64,000 nt of DNA from Cryomorphaceae bacterium. Its GTDB lineage: Bacteria > Bacteroidota > Bacteroidia > Flavobacteriales_D > Cryomorphaceae. Both the position numbers and the translations under genes were made by a program. The stretch spans positions 1,014 to 65,013 of the forward strand of contig DAIOTP010000001.1 of the NCBI GenBank assembly GCA_036751905.1, in the 5' to 3' direction. Positions 19,880-28,994 of this stretch are shown piece by piece; the stretch's first letter is position 1; every line of letters begins with the position of its first letter. The notes under the pieces are model-generated. The model ran no database searches, was not told the origin of the DNA, and worked only from the letters and a program-made list of their open reading frames with translations.

Positions 19880-20148
19880 GAAGGTGCTTTTGTGCTGCGA
19901 AGGTAACAAATGGGGGCGGAGGGATGTTCGTGTAGGAAAGATAAGAGGGATGAGTGAAAAACGATTGACCATTCTGGGCGGGGGTCCGCGTGCAATGGTG
20001 CCCGTGAGATCGCTCAGTTGAGGATTTTTGATTGGACGGTCGAAGATGGGCAGGTTCGGGCCGGGGTAGGGTCGTTCATAATTTTTGCGAAGGCTGTACC
20101 CATGTGTCAATTTTAGCGATATTTGCCTAAAGCTAAAACCGCTACCTG

Positions 20149-20877
20149 ATGAGGCTTCCTCTGTTGGCCCTTATTTTGGGCAGCGCCATTGTAATCAGTA
20201 CCTGGATCGGCGCCCATGCATACACCCACCGTGCGCGCAGCACCGACAGCATACAGGTTACTGGCTTGGGGGAGCGCGACTTTAAATCGGACCTCATTGT
20301 ATGGGAAGCCAATTTTTCCCGAAAGGACATGGATCTCCAAGCCGCCTTCACTGCCCTCAAAGCCGACCGTGAAGCCGTAGTAAGCTACCTCAAAAGCAAG
20401 GGCATCAGCGAGGGTGAAATGACCCTAAGCGCAGTGAACATCGACAAGGAATTTGATTACCGCTATGATGAACGCGGACGCGGCTACAACGTGTTTACCG
20501 GCCACGCCCTTCGGCAAAGGGTGCAACTGCAATCGGGCGACATTGAAAAGGTGGAAGCCATATCACGCGAAATTACTGAGCTGATCAACCAGGGCATAGA
20601 AATCAACTCACCTGCACCGCAGTACTTTTACACAAAGCTGGGCGAGCTCAAAATAGAAATGATCGCCTCCGCCACCGATGATGCCCGCATACGGGCCGAA
20701 CAAATTGCGGCGAATGCTGGCGCCCGCCTCGGCGATCTGCAATCGGCACAAATGGGCATTTTTCAGATCACCGGACAGCACAGCACCGAGGACTACAGCT
20801 GGGGTGGCACCTTCAATACCCAGTCCAAAATGAAAACCGCCAGCATTACCATGCGGCTGAAGTTTGGGCTCAAGTGA
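20149..20877 (+). CDS. SIMPL (DUF541) domain protein
   Basis: N-terminal TM/signal segment; overall pattern (...ITVTGLGERDF..., C-terminal ...TMRLKF) resembles the SIMPL family. Confidence 0.65.
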   Translation: MRLPLLALILGSAIVISTWIGAHAYTHRARSTDSIQVTGLGERDFKSDLIVWEANFSRKDMDLQAAFTALKADREAVVSYLKSKGISEGEMTLSAVNIDKEFDYRYDERGRGYNVFTGHALRQRVQLQSGDIEKVEAISREITELINQGIEINSPAPQYFYTKLGELKIEMIASATDDARIRAEQIAANAGARLGDLQSAQMGIFQITGQHSTEDYSWGGTFNTQSKMKTASITMRLKFGLK

Positions 20878-20908
20878 GCCGTGGGCTGTACGGAGCACCA
20901 ATGGGTTG

Positions 20909-21043
20909 TAAGAAGTACTTGTTGGTTGTATTAAGCATTATGTATTAAGTACCATGATAAGTATCCCTAAATCAAACTGAATTCGGTCTACAGTCATCGT
21001 ACATAGTACTTAATACATAGTGCTTAATACATAGCACTTCTTA
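20909..21043. repeat. AT-rich imperfect inverted repeat carrying four copies of TGTATTAAG (two per arm)
   Basis: core arms 20927..20952 and 21006..21031 are reverse complements with 1 mismatch in 26; outer 11-nt arms 20909..20919 and 21033..21043 match 10/11 (a 7-nt versus 1-nt bulge separates them from the core arms); 53-nt spacer. Confidence 0.75.
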
Positions 21044-21104
21044 TTTCCTTGCACACGCCCCATGCGCACCCTATCTTTATCGGCTGCAACAATTGCGCAG
21101 CTGC

Positions 21105-22103
21105 ATGGCAAGCCATAAAATCATTGGCGTGATAGGCGGGGGCTCCTGGGCCACGGCACTCACCAAGGTACTCAGCGAGAACAGCCCCCTCACCTGGTGG
21201 TGGCACCGCACCCAAGAATCGGTGGAGCACATCAGGCGCTACCACCACAACCCCAATTACCTCAGGGCAGTGGAATTCAATGTGGACAAGCTGTCCATCT
21301 CAGCCGATATACACGAAGTAATTGCCCAATGCGAGGTGCTCATCGTGGCCATTCCCTCGGCATTTGTGCATGCCACCTTCCAGCATGTGGCCCCTGAAGA
21401 GCTCAAGGGCAAGATCATATTCTCGGCCGTAAAAGGCATCATTCCCGAATTTCATTCTATCCCAGCGCGTTATTTTCACCTGGAGTTTGGGGTGGCTTAT
21501 GACGATATAGGCGTGATATGCGGCCCCTGCCACGCGGAAGAGGTAGCCATGGAAAGGCTGAGCTACCTCACCATTGCATGTATGAAAGAGAGCAATGCCG
21601 ATTTTCTCGCGGAGCGACTCAGCACCCGCTATATGAAAACCAGCACATCCGAAGACCTCTTCGGTGCCGAAATTGCCGCAGTGCTCAAAAACATTTACGC
21701 CATTGCCTCCGGAGTGTGCGGAGGCCTGGGTTATGGCGATAATTTTCAGGCGCTGCTCATCTCAGCGGCCATAATAGAAATGGAGCGCTTCCTCGATAAG
21801 GTGAACCCCTTCCACCGCGATGTAAATGAGCCGGCCTACCTCGGTGACTTGCTGGTTACTGCTTACAGCAAATTCAGCCGCAACCGCACCTTCGGCTATA
21901 TGCTCGGCAAGGGCTATACCGTAAAGGCAGCTCAATTGGAAATGGAAATGATTGCCGAAGGGTTCTACGCCACCAAAAGCCTTTTTGAAATGAACCGAAA
22001 GTATGAGGTGGATATGCCCATCGCTGAAGCGGTGTATAAAATCATTTACGAACGTGTATCACCTATGGTCGAAATGCGCCTCCTGGCCGATAAGCTGGGC
22101 TGA
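21105..22103 (+). CDS. gpsA: NAD(P)H-dependent glycerol-3-phosphate dehydrogenase
   Basis: IGVIGGGSWATAL Rossmann motif and GpsA-like length and pattern; ORF opens on TTG 21093, ATG at 21105. Confidence 0.9.
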   Translation: MASHKIIGVIGGGSWATALTKVLSENSPLTWWWHRTQESVEHIRRYHHNPNYLRAVEFNVDKLSISADIHEVIAQCEVLIVAIPSAFVHATFQHVAPEELKGKIIFSAVKGIIPEFHSIPARYFHLEFGVAYDDIGVICGPCHAEEVAMERLSYLTIACMKESNADFLAERLSTRYMKTSTSEDLFGAEIAAVLKNIYAIASGVCGGLGYGDNFQALLISAAIIEMERFLDKVNPFHRDVNEPAYLGDLLVTAYSKFSRNRTFGYMLGKGYTVKAAQLEMEMIAEGFYATKSLFEMNRKYEVDMPIAEAVYKIIYERVSPMVEMRLLADKLG

Positions 22104-22130
22104 CCCCATTTTTGCCGTAAAGGCGCCAAC

Positions 22131-22823
22131 CTAAAAGCCGTACCCTATCTTGACTCCGAACTGTACAGCGGCACGAATTGAAGTTTCGCTGCGCACCTCA
22201 TAGGCCTGCGGATTGAACAAGTCGGTGCTGCGCACCACATCGAAATCGCGGTAGCGGGCGCCAATGCCAACATGAAAATCGACGAATATATTGCTCTGTA
22301 GCGGAATGATCTGGTAGCCCCCAACGAGCATTAATCCAGTGTAGATGCGGCTGTCGGTAAATGAATTGCCGGTGAGCTCACCACTGCTGTTGAGCACATT
22401 GAAAGTTTTGTCGTGCCGGCGGTGATGCACATTTACACCCATGTAAGGACCGTAAAGCTCGTCGGTATTCCAGAAATACCGCTTTAACCACAAGCTGGCG
22501 GCGTAGCGGGTGTGCACGTCGATGTTGTTGCCAAAATTGTCGAGTTCGTAGTCGAACATACTGGCGGTAAAATTGCGGCGTGTGGGTCCGAAGCCTACTT
22601 CTATGCTCCAACGCTCGCCCACCATGTGCTCATAATACAGCTGGAAATCACCGATAAATATGTGGAGTGGATCAAACTTAATGGCATGGCGAACGGCCAT
22701 CATGGTGTCAATCTCCTGATAATAATTGGCCTCCACCTCTTCATCGGGCACCTGAGCTGTGCACCATACGGGCACCATGAAGGCGAGAATGGCCATATAT
22801 TTGTACATCACTTGAGCCAACAT
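22131..22823 (-). CDS. putative outer-membrane beta-barrel protein
   Basis: signal-like MYKYMAILAFMVPVWCTAQ, alternating beta-strand pattern, C-terminal ...KIGYGF; start placed at the first ATG downstream of the -7 box (alternative ATG at 22808). Confidence 0.55.
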   Translation of the reverse strand: MLAQVMYKYMAILAFMVPVWCTAQVPDEEVEANYYQEIDTMMAVRHAIKFDPLHIFIGDFQLYYEHMVGERWSIEVGFGPTRRNFTASMFDYELDNFGNNIDVHTRYAASLWLKRYFWNTDELYGPYMGVNVHHRRHDKTFNVLNSSGELTGNSFTDSRIYTGLMLVGGYQIIPLQSNIFVDFHVGIGARYRDFDVVRSTDLFNPQAYEVRSETSIRAAVQFGVKIGYGF

Positions 22824-22850
22824 GACTTTTGATTGTTCTATGATCGTGGC

Positions 22851-22858
22851 CAAAGGTA
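22851..22858 (-). promoter_or_regulatory. -7 box TACCTTTG upstream of the OMP-like gene
   Basis: exact TAnnTTTG match overlapping the TTG that opens the longest ORF, which favours a downstream ATG start. Confidence 0.35.
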
Positions 22859-22966
22859 CACACTATATTTTGCCCTACGGGCGTGGGCGCGTAAGGCTGT
22901 GGTTGTGGCCACGCGCAGCCGCAGCTTACCTGGAGCCCGGAATGGCGGGGCGAGCGTCCCGAAATT

Positions 22967-24439
22967 GTGATGTCACTCTTCGGCAATGATGACGCGCACT
23001 TTTATATGTTGAGCACGGCCACCGGCAAAAAATCAAGCCCACTGCAGCTCAGCAAAATCGATACCGACAGCCTCCACATCCAGAAGCACATTGCTCTAGC
23101 ATTTCCTGGCGAACAGGTGGAACTCTCCGAGGCAGCGGGCCTTGAGCACGCTCTGTTTAAGCCCTTGGTTTTTGCCGAAAAGGCATACCTGATCAGCTCA
23201 TGCACCAATGAAAGCACAGCCAAGGTATATTTTTATGCATGGGAGGTGCACCCCGACTTGAGGCCCCTTGGCAAGCCGCATTTGCTCGGGAGTATGCCAA
23301 GGGCCGTGATAGGGCTCACCCGCAATTTTAGGATGGTGGCCAGCAGTGACAACCGCTTCCTCGCCGTGGTGATGCCGCAGGAAGCCCAAAAGGACCACAA
23401 CGATAAATTCAACCTGCGTTTGTTCGACAGCAATATGGAATTGCTTCATGACAAACAGCTTGAAGTTCCCCACCCATTTGGCGAGGTAGCATATGGCGAT
23501 ATGCTCGTGGACGGCGATGCCGCCGTATACGTGATCATGCACCGCAACGTGGAGCAGATCAAGGAAGTGAGTAAGGTACAAAATCCGGGGCGTGACTATT
23601 TTTTGATTCGTTACTCCTGGATTGACAACACCCTTTCGGAAAAAAGCCTCTCAATCGGGGTGAAATGGATTTATTCGGCCCACATGGAGATCAACAGCTC
23701 CGGACACTTGCAAGTAGCCGGTTATTTCAGCAATATGATTGACCTTGTGATGGCGGGCACCTATTCAGTGAGCTTCGACCGGCTCAGCGGGCAAGCGGTA
23801 GATCAGGGCTTGAGCAGCTTTGACCGTGCTTTTAAGGCAGCTTTCAGACCACTGAGTGGGCTGAGCGACAGGCCCGACCTTGCACTGTATACCATCGGGC
23901 ATGTGTTTCCCAATCAGAAAAACCAGCTGGTGATAGTCAGTGAAAAACAAGAAATACAACAGAGCTCCGTATTCAACCCCGCTACGGGCACCTACTTTAT
24001 GGTCCAAAATTTTGTGACAGATGAATTGCTCATCAGCACGATTTCATCACAAGGCTTGGCTGAGTTGAACTTTCGCATACCCAAGTACCAAACTTCGTCG
24101 CGCTCAGCAGCCGATTTCACCTCATACCTTTGCTACCAACATGGCGGCGAAACCCATTTTATATTCAATGACCACGAGCGCAATGCCAATCTCGACATCC
24201 ACTCCGGCGGGCGCTACCATATACTTTCGGGTCCTTCAAGTGCACAGGCTGTGCAGTATGTGCTGCGCGAAGATGGCAACTTGCAAAAGCACATCCTCTT
24301 CAAGCAATCGCCCGGAAAAGGGGTGCTCAAACCTGCACTCCACCACCAACTCAGTGATGGCATCATCCTGTTTGTGAACAACAGCCAGTCGCTGCAATTC
24401 GCCAAGCTGTCCTTTACAGCGGGCGCCGAGAAAGAATGA
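22967..24439 (+). CDS. hypothetical protein (490 aa, no recognisable signal peptide or domain)
   Basis: long uninterrupted ORF with GTG 22967 / ATG 22970; upstream frame is open to 22895 but contains no start codon. Confidence 0.6.
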   Translation: MMSLFGNDDAHFYMLSTATGKKSSPLQLSKIDTDSLHIQKHIALAFPGEQVELSEAAGLEHALFKPLVFAEKAYLISSCTNESTAKVYFYAWEVHPDLRPLGKPHLLGSMPRAVIGLTRNFRMVASSDNRFLAVVMPQEAQKDHNDKFNLRLFDSNMELLHDKQLEVPHPFGEVAYGDMLVDGDAAVYVIMHRNVEQIKEVSKVQNPGRDYFLIRYSWIDNTLSEKSLSIGVKWIYSAHMEINSSGHLQVAGYFSNMIDLVMAGTYSVSFDRLSGQAVDQGLSSFDRAFKAAFRPLSGLSDRPDLALYTIGHVFPNQKNQLVIVSEKQEIQQSSVFNPATGTYFMVQNFVTDELLISTISSQGLAELNFRIPKYQTSSRSAADFTSYLCYQHGGETHFIFNDHERNANLDIHSGGRYHILSGPSSAQAVQYVLREDGNLQKHILFKQSPGKGVLKPALHHQLSDGIILFVNNSQSLQFAKLSFTAGAEKE

Positions 24440-24467
24440 AATTGAATTCGGATATTTGCGGCGCCCC

Positions 24468-25442
24468 ATGAGCGAAGTAGAACAGATTCAGTCGCCGATA
24501 GCCAAGGAAATGGCCGAATTTGAACAGCGGTTTCGCTCCTCAATGAAGAGCAACACACCCCTGCTCGACCGCATTACCCACTACATCGTGAAGCGCAAGG
24601 GCAAGCAAATGAGGCCCATGTTCGTGTTTCTGAGTGCCAAGCTCAGCGGCGGCATTACCGACAGCAGTTTCACCGCCGCCTCCCTCATTGAGCTTCTGCA
24701 TACAGCCACACTCGTGCATGATGATGTGGTAGACGATGCCAACATGCGGCGCGGTTTCTTCTCCATCAACGCACTCTGGAAAAACAAAATAGCCGTGCTC
24801 GTAGGCGACTACCTCCTGTCAAAGGGCTTGCTGATGAGCATCGAAAAAAATGAATTTGAACTCTTGCGCATTGTAAGCGGTGCTGTACGTGAAATGAGCG
24901 AGGGCGAGCTGCTGCAAATGGAAAAAGCGCGAAAGCTCAACATCACCGAGGAAGTGTACTTCAACATCATCCGCCAAAAAACTGCTTCACTCATTTCGGC
25001 TTGTTGTGAAAGTGGTGCCTTTTCGGCAAATGCGGGCACGGATACGCGCCAGCGCATGCGCGACTTTGGAACCGCCGTGGGTATCGCTTTTCAAATCAAA
25101 GACGACCTCTTCGATTACACAAGTGGCGGGCAAATAGGCAAGCCTACCGGTATTGACATCAAAGAGAAAAAGATGACCCTCCCACTGATCCATGCGCTGC
25201 AGCACGCGTCGGGCAAGGACCGCCGCTGGATGGTCAACACCATCAAGCACCACAACCGCAATAAGGCGCGCGTGCAGCAAGTCATTGACCATGTGCTGGG
25301 CAGCGGCGGCATCGAGTATGCCGCTGGCAAAATGCATGAATACCAAAAGGAAGCCTTAAAAATTCTTTATAGCTTTGAGGAATCAGAGGCGCGCCGTGCC
25401 TTGGAAAAATTGGTGAATTACACCATCAACCGAAAGAAATAA
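24468..25442 (+). CDS. polyprenyl diphosphate synthase (octaprenyl/solanesyl type)
   Basis: both Asp-rich motifs are present: LVHDDVVDD and FQIKDDLFDY. Confidence 0.85.
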   Translation: MSEVEQIQSPIAKEMAEFEQRFRSSMKSNTPLLDRITHYIVKRKGKQMRPMFVFLSAKLSGGITDSSFTAASLIELLHTATLVHDDVVDDANMRRGFFSINALWKNKIAVLVGDYLLSKGLLMSIEKNEFELLRIVSGAVREMSEGELLQMEKARKLNITEEVYFNIIRQKTASLISACCESGAFSANAGTDTRQRMRDFGTAVGIAFQIKDDLFDYTSGGQIGKPTGIDIKEKKMTLPLIHALQHASGKDRRWMVNTIKHHNRNKARVQQVIDHVLGSGGIEYAAGKMHEYQKEALKILYSFEESEARRALEKLVNYTINRKK

Positions 25443-25453
25443 AAGAAGATTGC

Positions 25454-25885
25454 ATGCGAAAATACGCAACGTATCTATGTGCGGCTCTTATCGTGGCAGC
25501 ACTCACCATGTGCGGCTCAGGCCCTGACCCTCAGCCCGAGTCAAAGGAAAGAATAACTGTAGAAGTGGTCGATTACCATGACAATGGTATGGTGAGCAAA
25601 CGCGGAATTACAATCGACGGCCAGCGCCATGGCCTGTGGGAATCATTTTATCCCAATGGCCTCAAATGGAGTGAGACCACATTTCGCAATGGTGTAAAGC
25701 AAGGCCCTACAGTGACCTATTTTCCCAATGGCATGATGCGCTACAGCGGTTCATATTACGATGACGAGCGCTCCGGCATGTGGGTGCTGTACGATACGAG
25801 CGGAACAATTTACGCCCGCATCGATATGGACCTTGACCCTACACGAGGTGATTCGCTCATGAAAGCCTCCATCTCTGCGCAGTGA
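25454..25885 (+). CDS. MORN-repeat (YwqK-like) lipoprotein
   Basis: lipobox ALTMCG; repeated G.W..(F)YPNG... units (HGLWESFYPNGLKW, GPTVTYFPNGMMRY, SGMWVLYDTSG). Confidence 0.65.
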   Translation: MRKYATYLCAALIVAALTMCGSGPDPQPESKERITVEVVDYHDNGMVSKRGITIDGQRHGLWESFYPNGLKWSETTFRNGVKQGPTVTYFPNGMMRYSGSYYDDERSGMWVLYDTSGTIYARIDMDLDPTRGDSLMKASISAQ

Positions 25886-27879
25886 TAGCCCGCGATACGA
25901 TAGACCGCATTTTTCAGGAAGCCCGCATTGAGGAGGTGGTGGCCGACTTTGTACAACTCAAAAAAGCAGGCAGCAGTTACAAAGGGCTGAGCCCATTCGC
26001 ACAAGAGAAGACCCCATCATTTTTTGTTTCCCCCTCAAAAGGCATTTTTAAGGACTTCAGCTCCGGAAAGGGGGGGAATGCCGTGACCTTCCTTATGGAG
26101 CTCGAAAGCATGAGCTATCCCGAGGCCTTGCGCTACCTGGCCAACAAGTATGGCATCGAAATAGAGGAAACCGGGGCTGACCTGCCCCCAGGCGAAGAAG
26201 TGAGCCTCCGCGAAAGCCTCGCCCTCGTGAACCATTTTGCCTTTGAGTACTTCACGCGCAACCTGTGGGAAATAGCCGAGGGCAAACAAATAGGTCTAAG
26301 CTACTTTCGCGAGCGCCAGTTTACAGATGCCACCATCAAAACTTTTGGCCTTGGCTATGCCATGGACGAAAATGACGCCTTCCTGAAGGCAGCGCGCGAT
26401 GCAGGTTACAAAGAGGAGCACCTCACCCGTCTTGGATTGATCAAAGAGGGGAACTATGGGCTGTATGACTTTTTCCGGGGCAGGGTAATATTCCCTATTC
26501 GGAATGTAAGCGGGCGCACCATTGCCTTTGCCGGGCGCACCCTCAAAAGCGACAACAAAGTAAAGTACCTCAACTCACCCGAAAGTGAGCTTTATGAAAA
26601 AAGCAAGGTGCTTTACGGCCTCTACGAGGGAAAGCGGGCCATATTGCAAAAGGACCTGTGCTTCCTGGTGGAAGGCTACACCGACGTAATATCACTCCAC
26701 CAGGCCGGAGTAGAGTATGCTGTAGCTTCTTCGGGAACTTCGCTTACGGAAGAGCAAATAAAGCTCATCAAGCGCTATACCAAGAACGTATCGGTACTTT
26801 ACGACGGCGACAATGCCGGTGTAAAAGCTGCAATGCGCGGCATTGACATGCTCCTCAAAGAAGGCATGCAGGTGCGCGTGGTGCTCTTTCCGGATGGGCA
26901 CGACCCCGACTCCTATGCAAGGTCGGTAACCCAGGATGAGCTGGAAGCCTACCTGGATGGACAGGCCAAAGACTTTATCGATTTCTTCCTTGAGATTCTT
27001 TTGCCGGAAGGCACCGACAAAGATCCCATCCAGAAAACGCAGGCCATGCGCCGCATGGTGGAAAGCCTGGCCCTCATAGCCGATCCAATAAGCCGATCAG
27101 TCTACGTGGAGAAGTGCAGCCGACTTATGTCCATAGCTGCCCCCATCATCCATACCGAGATCAATAAAATACTGCGGCAGCTCAACCGCAAAGAAGCACT
27201 CGACAGGGAACGAAGCCAGGATGACCCACTCACACCGCTGATACAAATTACCTCAAAGCAGCAGGAACCCGGACTCTCTGACTTCAGTACCCTGAGCAGA
27301 GATATCAAGGAAAAAGAGCTTGTGCGTGTGCTGCTTCAGTATGGCAATGTGAAATTTCCGAAAGACATTACAACAGATGATGCCGAAACTGCCCATGAAG
27401 CTGCACCCGATGCGGAGGAAACGGAAGAGGTAGGCTTGTACATCCTTGCGGAACTCATCAATGATGAAATCAGCTTGTCAAGCCCCATATTGCAACGCAT
27501 CATTGATCAGTTCACCAGCTACTTTGAGAGCAACGGCTCCTTTCCACACATCGACAACTTCAGCAAAGACGTAGAGTTGAGCAAGGTCGTGGCCGACGTC
27601 ATTGGCAGTCCGCATGAACTGAGCGAAAATTGGGCCGATAAGCACCGTATTTTCACAGAATTGGAAGCCGATAATCCGCAGAAAATGGCGGAAAAAGTAG
27701 TGTGTACCTATAAATTGGTCCTTGTGAATACCGCCATGGGACTGGTGGATGAAAAACTGAAGGACAGCGTCGAGGAAGCGGAAATGCTCAGCCTCCTCAC
27801 TGAAAAGATGAAGCTCAAAAAAATTCAAAACCAACTCTGTAAAGTGCTGGAAATCGTTACTCCTGCCACACTGAACTGA
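25882..27879 (+). CDS. dnaG: DNA primase
   Basis: zinc-binding-region sequence SPFAQEKTPSFFVSP..G.FKDFSSGKGGN and TOPRIM EGYTDVISLHQAG ... YDGDNAG; GTG start overlaps the upstream stop by 4 nt. Confidence 0.9.
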   Translation: MIARDTIDRIFQEARIEEVVADFVQLKKAGSSYKGLSPFAQEKTPSFFVSPSKGIFKDFSSGKGGNAVTFLMELESMSYPEALRYLANKYGIEIEETGADLPPGEEVSLRESLALVNHFAFEYFTRNLWEIAEGKQIGLSYFRERQFTDATIKTFGLGYAMDENDAFLKAARDAGYKEEHLTRLGLIKEGNYGLYDFFRGRVIFPIRNVSGRTIAFAGRTLKSDNKVKYLNSPESELYEKSKVLYGLYEGKRAILQKDLCFLVEGYTDVISLHQAGVEYAVASSGTSLTEEQIKLIKRYTKNVSVLYDGDNAGVKAAMRGIDMLLKEGMQVRVVLFPDGHDPDSYARSVTQDELEAYLDGQAKDFIDFFLEILLPEGTDKDPIQKTQAMRRMVESLALIADPISRSVYVEKCSRLMSIAAPIIHTEINKILRQLNRKEALDRERSQDDPLTPLIQITSKQQEPGLSDFSTLSRDIKEKELVRVLLQYGNVKFPKDITTDDAETAHEAAPDAEETEEVGLYILAELINDEISLSSPILQRIIDQFTSYFESNGSFPHIDNFSKDVELSKVVADVIGSPHELSENWADKHRIFTELEADNPQKMAEKVVCTYKLVLVNTAMGLVDEKLKDSVEEAEMLSLLTEKMKLKKIQNQLCKVLEIVTPATLN

Positions 27880-28994
27880 TGCCTGACCTCTTCAATTTCT
27901 CCTTCTACGAAAGTGATGCCATAAGCCTCACCATAGGAAATATCCTGCTGCTGCTGCTCATAATTATAGTCACCAAGCTGGTGCTTAGAATGTACAGAAA
28001 GCTGGTGCACAAGCAGGTGAGGTCGCTTGATATGTTTGATAAGGAGAAAGAGGTCATTTTGCTTCGGGTTGGCAAAACCGCCATTCTGGTGGCCGCACTT
28101 GTGGTCACCGTGCTCAGCCTGGGTCTGTATGATCTGCTTGAAATTATCTTCTCCTTTCAAATCGTGCCTCTTGAGGGAGGGGTTTCGATAACGGTGGGCA
28201 AAATATTGGTGCTCATATTGATAGTTTTGATGGCGCGCATCCTGTCGCGGCTGTTGAGGGTAATACTTCGCAAAAACTTTTCGAAAAAGGCCTGGATTGA
28301 CGAAGGCAAGGAATACACCATTTACAAGCTCACCAAATACGGTCTGTACATATTCGCGCTCATCGTGGGCCTTACGAGCATAGGCATCGATATGAAGCTG
28401 ATTATCACAGCTACAGGTGCTTTGCTTGTGGGTATTGGTTTCGGGTTGCAGCACCTGTTTTACGACATTGTGGCGGGTTTTGTCATCCTTTTCGAAGGGC
28501 CTATCAAGGTGGGTGATGTCATTGAGGTAGATGGCCTTGTAGCGCGTGTACAACAGATTGATATACGGACTTCGAAAGTGCTGACCCGCGATGGCAAGTA
28601 CATCATCATTCCGAACAGCAAGTTGGTGGGCGAAAAGGTGGTGAATTGGAGCCATGGCACCGAACTTACGCGTTTTCATATCAATACACGGGTTAAGTTC
28701 GGTAGTGATACAGCGCTTGTGAAGGAGCTGCTGTACACATGTGCCCTGAAGCACCCCGACGTGAGTAAGAACCGGGAAATCATAGTGCGCTTTGAGGACT
28801 TTGGGGAAAGCGGTTTGCACTTCAGTGTATTTTTTTGGGCGCGCAAAACGTGGGTGGTTGAAACATTACAAAGCGAAATCCGCTACGAAATCGACAAGGA
28901 ATTCAGGGCACATGGCATCGCCATACCTTTCCCGCAGCGCGACTTACACATGATACCGCCTGCTGAACACCCCTTCAGGAATCCCGAAGCCTGA
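27879..28994 (+). CDS. MscS-family mechanosensitive channel
   Basis: TM helices followed by PIKVGDVIEVDGLVARVQQIDIRTSKVLTRDGKYIIIPNSKL, the MscS beta-domain signature; ATG overlaps the dnaG TGA by 1 nt. Confidence 0.85.
   Translation: MPDLFNFSFYESDAISLTIGNILLLLLIIIVTKLVLRMYRKLVHKQVRSLDMFDKEKEVILLRVGKTAILVAALVVTVLSLGLYDLLEIIFSFQIVPLEGGVSITVGKILVLILIVLMARILSRLLRVILRKNFSKKAWIDEGKEYTIYKLTKYGLYIFALIVGLTSIGIDMKLIITATGALLVGIGFGLQHLFYDIVAGFVILFEGPIKVGDVIEVDGLVARVQQIDIRTSKVLTRDGKYIIIPNSKLVGEKVVNWSHGTELTRFHINTRVKFGSDTALVKELLYTCALKHPDVSKNREIIVRFEDFGESGLHFSVFFWARKTWVVETLQSEIRYEIDKEFRAHGIAIPFPQRDLHMIPPAEHPFRNPEA

Noticed and set aside
19880-20110. 5' extensions of ispG (19880..20110), the amylase (17044..17220), the FISUMP gene (41714..41947), the GT2 (55622..55726) and the acetyltransferase (54831..55157)
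   Set aside because: The extensions lack family similarity, overlap neighbouring genes or promoter regions, and precede obvious native N-termini (signal peptides or conserved first motifs).
27825-28820. 331-aa ORF antisense to the mscS gene
   Set aside because: Its composition is H/Q/K/N-rich with no motifs, and it lies entirely inside a well-supported MscS CDS on the other strand. This is typical shadow-ORF behaviour.
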